Positions 24,652 through 35,300 of a stretch of 64,000 nucleotides of DNA are shown here, one piece after another. Origin of the DNA: Vitrella brassicaformis CCMP3155. Taxonomy: Eukaryota > Protista > Chromerida. The stretch is from contig CDMY01000336.1 in the NCBI GenBank assembly GCA_001179505.1, positions 186,001-250,000 on the forward strand, written 5' to 3'. Numbering within the stretch: position 1 is the stretch's first letter; each line of letters opens with the position of its first letter. Under the pieces are notes generated by a model. It was given only the letters and a program-made list of their open reading frames with translations. It was not told the DNA's origin and ran no database searches. The translations under genes and the position numbers were made by a program.

Positions 24652-27600
24652 ATGGACGACTCCTCCAAGAACCTGCGGAAATGCCTGGCTGGCGGCAAGA
24701 AGGCAGTCGACGATGACAGGAACACCCAAGATGGAGGCCACGATCCGCCAGCAGACTCCCTCGGCCGCGGCAGCGCGACGAAAGAGCAGATAGGCGTCCC
24801 CTCTACTTGCTTGCCCATCGCCCCTCACACAGCGCAGCATGCCAGCAGTGCGTCCTCGGCTGGGAAGGCCAGCCATGGCGGCAAGGGAGGCAACGAGAGG
24901 AGGGACGCACCGTCTGCAGACAGTGATGTCATCCAGAGGCCACATGCAGCTCCTGTCAAGGTGCGTACACACACACACACACACACACACCACACACGAG
25001 AACGCTCGTGTTTGGTTTGTGTGTGTGTGTGTGGATACCCAAGCTCTCTCTGCGTCAGGAGCCTCTCGTAGATGCTGGCGGCGTCAGCAAGGGGCAGTGC
25101 AATCGCAAGCCCGTTCGTGATGAGCATTTCAACATCGTCCCTCCCATCCACCCCGACGAGGCAGCACGGATGGTGTCAGAGGTCGCCGAGCAGTCGCGTG
25201 CATCGCTTTCTCGGCCTGGTGGCGACTGGATGGGGGAGGTTGGTGCCGGCCTCAAGCAGCGCATGCCCCATCACCGGTTCTTCTGCGTGCGCTTTCGGAG
25301 CGATACATACGCAGTATCCGCTGCCTCATGTTCGGCGTACACACACGAGGTAAGGAAGCACACAAATCATTCGCACACACTTGGTCATGGCTTCTCTGCA
25401 TGTACCGCCGTGCAGCCCCTCTGTGTGTGTTTGGCCGACGGGCGTGAGGCCGGCGACCCCTCCGCACCGACATCGGTGTCCCCAGAGGAGAATGGGCACT
25501 TCGTGACGGCGGTCCGCATGACGTTGAAGCAGGCGCGCGAGAAGGGGCGGAGCCACGAAAAGGACGAGCGTCTCGTCGCCATTGACATGAAAGGACTCGC
25601 GGAGAAGGTGCTGAACCAGCTGATCGATCGCAGAGTGGTGGTCGGCGGTCACCCCAAGACCATCGTCCTGCTGTCAGCCGAGCAGCCACTGCCCTCGGAC
25701 TGGCCTCATGACGGATCTGCCAGCGCGGTGTCGGCCAAGTGGACTCGGGGAGCGGACACTCCCCCCCTGTGGTTCTACTTGATCAGATGGAACCCCCTCA
25801 GCAGCACCACCGACAGCAGCGCGTCTTTTGTGACGGCGGACGTGCAGGCAGCCAACACCATAGCCCTTCCCCCGCCCCGAGTCGCTGGTCAGGTGCCTGC
25901 TGTTGACGGCGCCAAGAACCGTAGACGCGTAGACATCAGCCCTGCTGCTGCTGGTGGTGGTGGTGCTGCTGGTGGTGGTGGACATAGCGGAGGTACGCAA
26001 ACCATCGGCTGCTGTTGGTGGACTGCGTATCCTCATGAGCGTCTTGTGCTGTGTGTACCTGCAGGTGGGTCGATTGGTGCGGCAGCGATACAGCAGCAGC
26101 ATCAGGGTGGCGGCAGCTCACAGTCGGCAGAACTGACGGCCCCCACCGTCATGCAACACACCCATCAGCAACAGCAGCAGCAGCATCTCAAGCGGGTGAA
26201 CCCGAACAGCCAGGAGATGAAGGCCATGGTTCGGGCGATGCGGGAGATGTACGCGCACGATCAGCTGGTGGCAGAAGATCAGCGCAGGGCCGTGCATCTC
26301 AAAGAGGACCACCAGCTCCTTTCCCAGCTGCCGACTCCGTGCTTCCCCGACCCCTCCCTCCTGGGCGGTGTGCTCTTCCGCCACGCCCTGCAGGCGTGTG
26401 TGGTGCACGGTGCGGCCGGGTCGCTCGAGGCGCTGCTGAGGGAGACGCTCGTCAAGCCGACCGAGAAGGACAAGGGGAGGCTGGCTGTGGGTGAGGTGCG
26501 GACCAAGAAGGACAGGAAGGTGCTCCGGTGGAGTGACCTGTCGTTGGGTACTCTCGATCTCGTCACTGAAGGTCCGCAGACAGACAGACAGACAGGCAGA
26601 CAGATGGACGGCTCGGCACTTTGTGCACGTTGGTGCTGTTCATGCCTGTGTGTTCAGATTATGTGCCGTCCCCTCTAGTCGTACAGGCGGCCGTGGCCAA
26701 CGCACCCATACAGATCATGCGGGTACGCCCTGAGCCCGTCGTGCTGCTTACGTGTAAGGATACCTCCGTGTGTCTGTGTGCTATGCAGACGTTGCTGGCG
26801 TTCAATGCCGATGTGAATGTGCGAGGGTATGCCGGCCACAGAAAGGAGATTGACGGCAAGCTCAGCTACAACACATCCGCCATCGGTAAGCGGCCAGGGA
26901 AGATACTGCTGAAACACAGCCTCATTGCATTGCCTTCCGTGTGTGTGTGCAGGTGCGGCTGCATTCTGGCACCGTCCTGATCTCCTTCGTTTCCTCCTTT
27001 GTGAGGCAAGAGCCGACCCCAAGGTCCCGTTAGACGTGACGTTTGAGGACCCTCTACGACACGGTATGTACCACAGACCCCACCTGTCGATGCGTGACGT
27101 TCCGCCTTTCCTTTCCTCTCCCCTCCATCCTTGTCAGGCCCCCCCATCATTACTTCTCATGACTTGCTTGAGCTGGTGTGCATTGGCCAGCCGGAGGCGC
27201 AACAGCAGGCGCAACAGCGGCAGGCCCTGGCCACCATCGAGGTGCTCGATGCGGAGGGGCTGATCAAGCACGGCGAAAGCGGCAGCGGCATCTTCGACAT
27301 CAACTGCAGGAACTCATATGTCGCCATATATGGCGACACGTCTCTGCACCTTGCTGCCATCCACGGCTGGTCCAGCCTGGTCGAGTGGCTGCTCGAGAAT
27401 GGGGCGGTCCCTGGCGCTGTCAACGAGTTCAACGAAACGCCTCTCGACGCCGCACGAAGACGCGGCCGGAAGGTCAGCTGAAGGAATGGCATCCAATGAG
27501 CCGTCACAGTGAGTGATTCCGCCCTGTTGTGTTTCGCAGGAGTGCGAGGCCGTGCTGCTGAAGCATCTCACGGCCCAATCGGTGCAGACGGCCACCAGCA

Positions 27601-30600
27601 CTGCTGCAAGAGCTAGCACGGGAGCGCCTTGCATCCCCACGGCAAGCGAAGACACCTGCCCACACGCATATGCCATGGGCACCCAGACACACACACCACA
27701 CCGTTATCTGTGGATGGATGGATGGATGCAGGCAGCTGCTGCTGGTGCGATGGAGGAGGGCGGCAGTTTCGACTCGCCACCAGCGGCCGCGGCACACGAG
27801 AAGAAGAGGCAGGAGCTGCGCGAGGGCATAATGCGGATGAGGGCCACGGCGAGAGCGATCCGGGAGGCGTGCTTTTACGACCTGCTGACGCCAGAGGGGC
27901 GGCGCAAGCCCGTCGATCTCAAGGAGGACCTCTCGCTTCTGTCGTCGCTGCCCACTCCCATGGTCTCGTACAAGAACGGCTTCGTGCTGAAGCAGGCCCT
28001 GCAGTCATGCGTCTGGTACGGCTCGGCTGGGTCGCTCGACACACTGCTGCAGGGCAACTTCATCAAGCCGACGGAGGAGAGAGGCGACGGGGGGCTGTCG
28101 GTGGGGCAGGTGCGGGCGAAGGACGGGGAGGTTTTCAACTGGCGAGACCTCTCGCCTGCCAGCATCGAGCCCTCAGAGGGCGAGATGGACGAGCCTGAAG
28201 ATGTCAACGGTAAGTGAGCAAGCAGACCAAGATCGGGTGATATATCATCTGACTATGCCTGGATGGCATCAGGTCATGTGCGGAAGCCGTTGTTGATCCA
28301 GGCCATGACGCCTAGCTTCTCGGATGACGCCACCGTGCTACGGATCGTCAAGGTACGCCAGTCGAGAGGCCACATGAGATCACCTAGCCGCCTCTCATGC
28401 GTCCGTCTGTGTGCCTGTCTGCCTCTGTGCAGTCGCTGGTCGAGTACAATGCCGACGTCAACGAAATCGGCCCGGTGGCTGTGAACACCGTGACCAAAGA
28501 AGCACGGATGACTTCATCGGCTAGCGGTGAGTGTCGAGAGGCAGGACAGGGCAGGATGAGAAATGCCGGATAGAAACAAGTTTGACTTGGTGTCTTCAGG
28601 TGCTGCTTCCATGTACCACTTGCCTGAGGTCCTCGACTACCTTCTCCGCCTACCGCATGCCGACCCGTCAGTCCTCTCTGGGGGGGACGTCCTTCCGGGC
28701 TTGAACCTACTTCAGCTAGCCTGCCTTGGGCCTCCACTTTTGTTGGTGCCAGGGAGCCAAGATACCGACGGTGAGTGGGTAACTAATCAAGAGCTTGCAC
28801 CCAACTCCTTCGCGCTGACGCTCTTGTGTGTTGTGACAGCTTCCCGGTCCCCTCCTGAGCCCATGGTGCACAGCAAGAGCCACAAGAAGGCCGCCAGCAA
28901 GGGCAGACGGGCCGGCAACGTTGGCCTTGCAGAAGAGGCGAGACAACAGGCGGCCGGCGGCACGGCGGCGGAGGAGGCAGAGCAGAAGAAGAAGGCCCGG
29001 CAGTCGCGTGCAGTGGCCACCCTGGAGGTGATCGAACGCCACGGCCTGACGCGCAGCACACAGGCCGAGGCCAAAGGAGGGCGTTGCAAGAGTCCCGTCC
29101 TCAGTCTGCACTGCCGTCGCCAACTGCAATGCCCGTCCTCAGGGGGCTGGTCTCTGCTGCATTTGGCGGCTGCCAATGAGCGGTCCGAAATTGTCAAGTG
29201 GCTGCTGGAGAGGGAAGTGCACGCTGAGGCCGTCGACAGGAAGAACCAGACACCCCTCGACCTCGCGCGCCGATTGGGCCGGAAGGTCAGCGGAGATGAG
29301 GAAGGCGGACCAACGTCAGCCGCTTCATTTGTTTGGTGTGTTCAGTCGTGCGTGGATGTGCTGATGGCTCATGTGGAGGCCCGTCGGAAGGCGGCGGCTG
29401 ATGACCGGCTGCGAGAGGAGGAGATGGCCCGCAAGAAGGACGAGAAGGCTGCCAGAAAGCGCGAGCAGAAGCGTCTCAAGGTGCCCTTCCCATGCACCGC
29501 TGCACACATGGATACTGCATCTGTGTGTCATTTTGCCTTCAGCGTTTGGCGGCAGCGGCTCAGCAGGCCGAGGCAGCGGCAGATGGCGAGAGGGAGGAGG
29601 CAGACGACACACAGCACGAGACTGAAGAAGTAGATCATGTGACGGATGAGCCCGCTGCGCCGAGCTGCCCGCCAGACACACACAATGACAGGTGCAGACA
29701 GCCACCGACACTTTCACCCAGTAGCCCCCATCTGTTGTCCTTCTGTGTGTGGTGCACAGTGTCGAGCCGGCCTTCTCTGACGCCCCGAGTGGCCGCCACC
29801 AGCGGCAACATGTCCTCAGCCAGGAGCCTCCAGCTGATGTCGGCCCTTCGCCATTCGCTTCTCTCCCTCTCTCTCCTGCTCAGAGCGCACCGGCAAGCCA
29901 CTTGTTTGCTGCCCAGCGTCCGTCCAGCTCATCGTGAGGCTCACACAAAGACCGCTCACAGCACACCGAGTGACTCAGTTGATGGGGCCCTGTCTGTTGT
30001 GTGTCATCCATCCATCGATCCATCCATCAGGTCCTCACTGTTCGACCCGCCGGCATCATCGACGGCCAGCACTACACCCGCCGACCGGCCATCCACTTCA
30101 CAGTCGTCAAGCCGACAGGACCAGTAGGGCAACGTAGAGCCGGTACTGTGTGGCCTGAATTGACAATGTGGCTGGTGTTTGTGTAGGTTCCAACCGGCAA
30201 ACGTGATGGCTCAGCTGCGGGCGGGCCTGACCGACGGCATAGCCAAGAAGGAGAGGTCAGAAAACACAGCAACACGGCTGTCGATCGCTTGATACCCGCC
30301 CCGGCCTCTGTGTGTCATGGTGTGTGTGCAGCCAGTTGGGCGGAGCCAAGAAGGGGAGGAAGAAAAAGAGAGGTGCCGTCGCGGGGAGCTTGTAAGTACA
30401 TGCCAGGATGCACATAGGTGACAGACACACACCCGTCTGTGTCTTGGCTTCCCTGCAGGTCTGGCTTTGGTCCTGAGATGGGCCCTTGCCCTGACACGTA
30501 AGTAGCGATCGATGCTTGCTTGCGCCACGTCACGTAAATCAGCAGCGACTGTGTTTCCCTTATCTGCAGCCTTGAGGATGAGATCGATGCCATGCCGTCA

Positions 30601-32270
30601 TCTTCGTCTAGCGCTCTTCCACCGCCTGCACGGAGGTCGGCACACACACGGACACAGATATGGAAGAGGCCGCATCGCCATGCGTCTCCTTGTCTGATGT
30701 GTGTGGGTGCAGTGTTGCTGCGGATGACGAGGACCGTGACCAGCAGGAGGCGATTGCCGCGTCGCTGCAGTCGGCTGCGGAGGCCATCAAGAGGGACGCC
30801 ATCTCAGCTCACAAGCAGAAGAAAGAGTAAGCACAGACGATGACCACACGAATACTCGCGAAAGGCATAAACGCCTGTTTGGCTGTGTGTATGCGGCAGG
30901 TTGAAAGTGAGGTTGCGGGCTGAGACGAACATGGCCGAGGCGTCAAAATCCCACGAGCAGCGCCTGACTGAAGAAAACGACAGACTCAAGATGGCCAACC
31001 CCACGTTCGCCCTGGGGTTGCCCGCTCATCCATCCATTGTCACCCTTCCATGTGTGTGTCCATCCTGCTGCAGGCTGACCGACGACGAGCTGTCCCGCAG
31101 GGCCTCTGCCGATGACGTGAAGCACTTCCAGGAGACCATCGACGGCCGCTACAACGAGCTGCATGCGCTCGTCCTCTCGAGTACCGACCGGCTGCTGCAT
31201 CTCGCCAATAACACTGCTGATGCGTCATCATCATCGGAGGAGCCGGCCCCCGACACACATGACGGGTCTTGCTTGCCCCAGGAGGCCCCCTCGCCGACCA
31301 GCCCTCCATCTGCTGCGGCAGGCGAGTCCATAGAGTGGCTGGAGGAGCTGGAGGGCAGCGACCTCGAGATCCCCCAGATGTGTGTGGTGGCGTCCAAGCA
31401 GCTGGAGGAAATCGACCAGGACATCGCCAAGTGAGAAAACACAGAGAGAGAAGACAACCAGAGGTGGATTGCGTGACGCATCTGTTGCCGCCTGCCGCTG
31501 CTGCAGCTTGGTGGATGAGGTCGGCCAGGCTGCCACCTGCCGCGAGGCGTCCGACGCCCGTGTGCAGGGCCTCATCGAGCAGAACGAGGAGCTCAAACGA
31601 CGCGACAAGGAGCGGTAAGGCACACCACACCCACAGCCATCCTTGCCACCTCATCTCTCCATCTGTCTGCCCTGTTCTGTCTGTCAGGCTGACCCGAGAG
31701 AAGCTGGGCACCCTCAAGTCGGTCGAGGACGTCAGGAGCTTCCATGATGCGGCCCTGCAGGAGAGCCAGCGTCTCAAGGCGCTGCTTAGCCGCTCATACG
31801 ACCACCAGAGGCGGCTCGAGAGTGAGGACTTCCAGCGTGACGTGGGGCGGCGCATTGCGGCCGAGCGCGAGGCGCGCGAGAAGGAGGCGGCTGAGCAGCT
31901 GAAGCGGCAGGAGGAGGCGACGGCCAAGAAGATCGCTGAGATGCAGCAGCAGCTCGATGAGGAGAGGGGCAAGCCCAAGCAGAGCATCACATCCTGCGTG
32001 GTGTGTCATGAGGAGCCCAATGTCGTGGTTATGATGCCCTGTCGACATCAGTGCCTCTGCACAGGTGGCTGGGTGGGTGGGCTAGTGAGCGTCCCACCAG
32101 CCGCTGTGTATCACGGATTGGTGGTCGCGTGTGGGCATTCAGGTTGTTTCGAGAATCTCAAGACGCAGCACCACAGGCGCAAGAAGGTGCCGTGTCCCAT
32201 CTGTCGCGCTCAGTGCGATAAGGAGCGATCGGGGCGCGTGTATGACACGGGCCACTGTGACGACGACTGA
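24652..32270 (+). CDS. Large ankyrin-repeat + UIM + coiled-coil + C3HC4 RING protein (probable E3 ubiquitin ligase) with internal module duplication
   Basis: Ankyrin motifs GDTSLHLAAIHGWSSLVEWLLENGA...NETPLDAA and GWSLLHLAAANERSEIVKWLLE...NQTPLDLA; UIM-like DEDRDQQEAIAASLQ; terminal RING CVVCHEEPNVVVMMPCRHQCLCT|GCFENL...CPICR. Exons can be joined in frame across 29600-31000. Confidence 0.8.
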
Positions 32271-33134
32271 ATGACGTAGTGGCGTAGACGGTCAGACAGC
32301 CCGACCGTGGATCGGATCAGTAGCTCTCATGCGCCGATGGCGCCAACCACTCATGTGCTCATGGATTGATTGTGTGTATACGTATCTATCTATTTGTATG
32401 TATTCATATGGGATTTATCGCGGGGACTTGAGTCATGAGATGGTCGTGTCTGCCTCGATGGCAGGCAGCCATGGACGTCTTCATGCATCCTCTGCGTTGT
32501 GCACCAGCGCAGCCAGTGGCATGCATCGAAATCGCCACGACATGCAATTATGTATTTGTGTCCGTCCATGTGTTGCCGTCGGTCGGTGTGTGACTAGTGA
32601 ACTTTTATACAGCCACTACGGGGGTCGTCATGGATTCGAAAATATGTACGCAAGATTAATCCAAATGAATTCGAAGCGCATGCATGCGACGACGGGCGAG
32701 TGTGCGGATGGCTCTGTCCTTTGCGGCGAGTGTGTTGCCTTGTCGTTCATTCATGCGTCCGTATACTCAAATGCAAATGGCTGATTCCACCCAACCACCC
32801 TGCTGGCTCCACCCACCCGTCAGACGGAGACATGCATGTATGCATCCCATTCATGAGCCATCCATTTATGTTGGGTGAACGGTTTTTTGTGTGCCATGTG
32901 TGAGACATCCATGGCGTTCCATGAGACTTTATCGGGGTGCCTGAAGTGATGGACTGGTACAAGATCTCATGTAAAGTCCATCCATCCATCCATTCAAAAA
33001 CCTACCACCCGCATCACAACCGCCACTCACTCAGCCAGACCTCCTTGCGTCCATGTGCCTCTCTGCATCTGAAATCTGTCTGCTATCAGCTATCGGGTCA
33101 CGGCCGTCAGTTGCTGCTCAGCCGCACAAACATC

Positions 33135-34859
33135 TCAGCTGATCTGCAGTGCCTCGAACTGCCCCCGCCTGTTGATGTACCCCAGCTGCTGCCATTGGAA
33201 CTGGCAGTCGCTATCGCCGAGGTGGGTGTTGAAGCCCTTGACCACCCCCTCCACGCCGTGCTGGGCCGCCTCGTGCAGGCGGGCCTTGTGCACCACCTCA
33301 CGCACACCCAGCCGTCGATGCCGCCCGCCCCCCTGCTGCCCCCCCTTGACGGCGAAGCACTGCAGGGGCGGCACCGTCACTTTGGTCCGCTTCGCCCCTC
33401 CGTCCTGCTGCACGTGCCGGCTCCCCCCGACCACCTCCCGGTTGCTGGTCGTCCGTGTGGCCGCCTGCGTCACGAAATGCGCCACGGCCGCGCTCACACG
33501 GCGCTTCAGCAGCGACTCGCCCATCAGGTACCCATCGATGGTCGCCATGGCGGTGTGTGGCTCGTGCAGGAAGGAGCCGATCTTCCAGCCGACGGCCTCT
33601 GCCTCCTGTGGGCCGAATGAGAGGCTGGAGGGCGATGGGTGGGTGGGGTGGCCGTCGTGGTCGGGCGCCAGGGGCAGCAGACGGGCGAGCAGCATCGAGT
33701 GGTCGCGCTGAGGTCGCAGGGCGGCGTTGATGGCCGCCATGTGGTCGGCGTACTCGGGCAGCACCAGCTGCCGCTCACGGCGGTCCCGCTCTGTGGCCGT
33801 GGGCAGCCGGGCGATGTCCGCCCCCGCCTGCAGCAGCACCCGGATGGTGGGCTTGAGATAGAGAATCTCGTTGGTGGCTCGGTCCCTGGATGCCTCCTCC
33901 GCAGTGTCGTCCTGCTCCAGCTGAGTCTTCTGATCGAGCGCCTCAGCAGCAAAAGCGAGGGGTGTGTAGTTGGGGTGGTTGGGTTTCCCCACGTTGATCT
34001 CAGCAGCCGTGAGGCGACGGCACAGAGAGACAGCCACACGGTGCGACCCCCACATTGCCGCGCAGTGCAGTGGCGTGTCGCCACGGTTGTCCACTGCCGT
34101 GATGTCCGCCCCCTTGGCCACCAACAGGTCGAGGTAGCGGTCGATGAAGGACTGGGACCACACAGGACGGGAGGAGGCCACCCAATGCACCGGATTGCCG
34201 CCATGCCGTCCATCAGTCTCGGTTGCGAGGGTGGGGTCGCGATCGATGAGCTGCTGGTAGAAGGACAGCAGGGTGGCCTCGTTATCCCTGGTGGGCCGGT
34301 CCGTCTCCAACGTGTCTGGCAGGTCCATCACCTCTCGCCCATGCAGCTGCAGCCCAATCTCTGCCATGAGCAGACGGAAGGCCGTCTCGTTGCAGGATGC
34401 GATGGCCACGCGGACGGGCCTGGCACCCGGGCAGTCCTCCCCGTCCTCGTCGGTCGGGATGGCGTTTATGTCCGCACCTCCATCGATGAGTGCCTTCATG
34501 ATGGCCTCCTGCTGGTCGGGTGACGACCACCGCGGCAGAGCGATGGGACAGTCATCATCGCCGTCTGCTGCGAAGATGGACGGGATGCGGTTGTCGGTGA
34601 GGTTGTCGATGCACAGGGACAGCAGCGGATAGGGTACGAAATCTCCCGTGGTGCCCTCGACCCCCAGCTGGGGCTGCGCATTGGGGCTGGCTCCCTGCTG
34701 TCGAATGAGCTCCGTCACCTGCTGGACGTGGGTGAAGCCGCGCGAGATGATGCCCTCTGACAGCTGTCTGGTCTCATCGCGGGTGTCATCAGGGAAGCCC
34801 GTGTCGAGCCGGCTGCGGCCAACCCAGCCACTCGGCAGAGCTGCGCCCGCTGCGGCCAT
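33135..34859 (-). CDS. Intronless lineage-specific ankyrin-repeat family protein, copy 2 (intact, 574 aa)
   Basis: Single uninterrupted ORF with ankyrin motifs (ALIDGGADINA, AKGADITAVDNRGDTPLHCAAMWG, VLLQAGADIA) and a C-terminal domain nearly identical to copy 1 (TTSNREVVGG...KGFNTHLGDSDCQFQWQ). Confidence 0.9.
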   Translation of the reverse strand: MAAAGAALPSGWVGRSRLDTGFPDDTRDETRQLSEGIISRGFTHVQQVTELIRQQGASPNAQPQLGVEGTTGDFVPYPLLSLCIDNLTDNRIPSIFAADGDDDCPIALPRWSSPDQQEAIMKALIDGGADINAIPTDEDGEDCPGARPVRVAIASCNETAFRLLMAEIGLQLHGREVMDLPDTLETDRPTRDNEATLLSFYQQLIDRDPTLATETDGRHGGNPVHWVASSRPVWSQSFIDRYLDLLVAKGADITAVDNRGDTPLHCAAMWGSHRVAVSLCRRLTAAEINVGKPNHPNYTPLAFAAEALDQKTQLEQDDTAEEASRDRATNEILYLKPTIRVLLQAGADIARLPTATERDRRERQLVLPEYADHMAAINAALRPQRDHSMLLARLLPLAPDHDGHPTHPSPSSLSFGPQEAEAVGWKIGSFLHEPHTAMATIDGYLMGESLLKRRVSAAVAHFVTQAATRTTSNREVVGGSRHVQQDGGAKRTKVTVPPLQCFAVKGGQQGGGRHRRLGVREVVHKARLHEAAQHGVEGVVKGFNTHLGDSDCQFQWQQLGYINRRGQFEALQIS

Positions 34860-35300
34860 GACCTAGTGCCTCCTACAACTGCTGGCACCACAAACATGGA
34901 CACGTCTGCACACAGAGCACGCCCAGTGTCGGTGTCTGAGTTGCGCTCCTCGGTGCATGTGCGTTGCCTTGCCCGCTGCCCACTCACCGCATTGCTCTGC
35001 TGCTGATGCTCACTCTTCGCTGCAGCTGAGCCACCATGACAACGGCGCTCTCACGCAGGAAGGAAATCGTCTGCCATCGATGCAACACAGTGGATGCCGC
35101 GACATGAGGTGAAGCATTGTATACACTGTAGGTGATCTCCTGTGCTGCTGCTCACCAGGCACGAAACAGATCTGGAGCATCATCTGCTTTGCTGGGAGGA
35201 GGGGTGCCGTTCGAATCCTGCGAGCTAAGCCTGCAGCTGCATCCCCTGAAAGCAGCGGAATGTAAGACGACCACCAACTAGACCAGGCGACTCATCAAAG

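Noticed and set aside
30430-30460. Minus-strand GSQDTDG matching the + strand exon at ~28750, suggesting an inverted exon copy
   Set aside because: The segment is the pyrimidine-rich 3' end of an ordinary intron between two in-frame + strand exons; a short chance match.
32595-32670. SHYGGRHGFENMYARL resembling an integrase H2C2 GGH.G..KT..RL motif near ankyrin copy 2
   Set aside because: Too short, His spacing is off, and there is no downstream CxxC or core motif.
35209-35218. GTTCGAATCC B-box/T-loop-like motif (GTTCGAAT also at ~11885)
   Set aside because: No T-stem pairing, acceptor stem or A-box can be built, so it is not a tRNA; noted only as the end of paralog homology.
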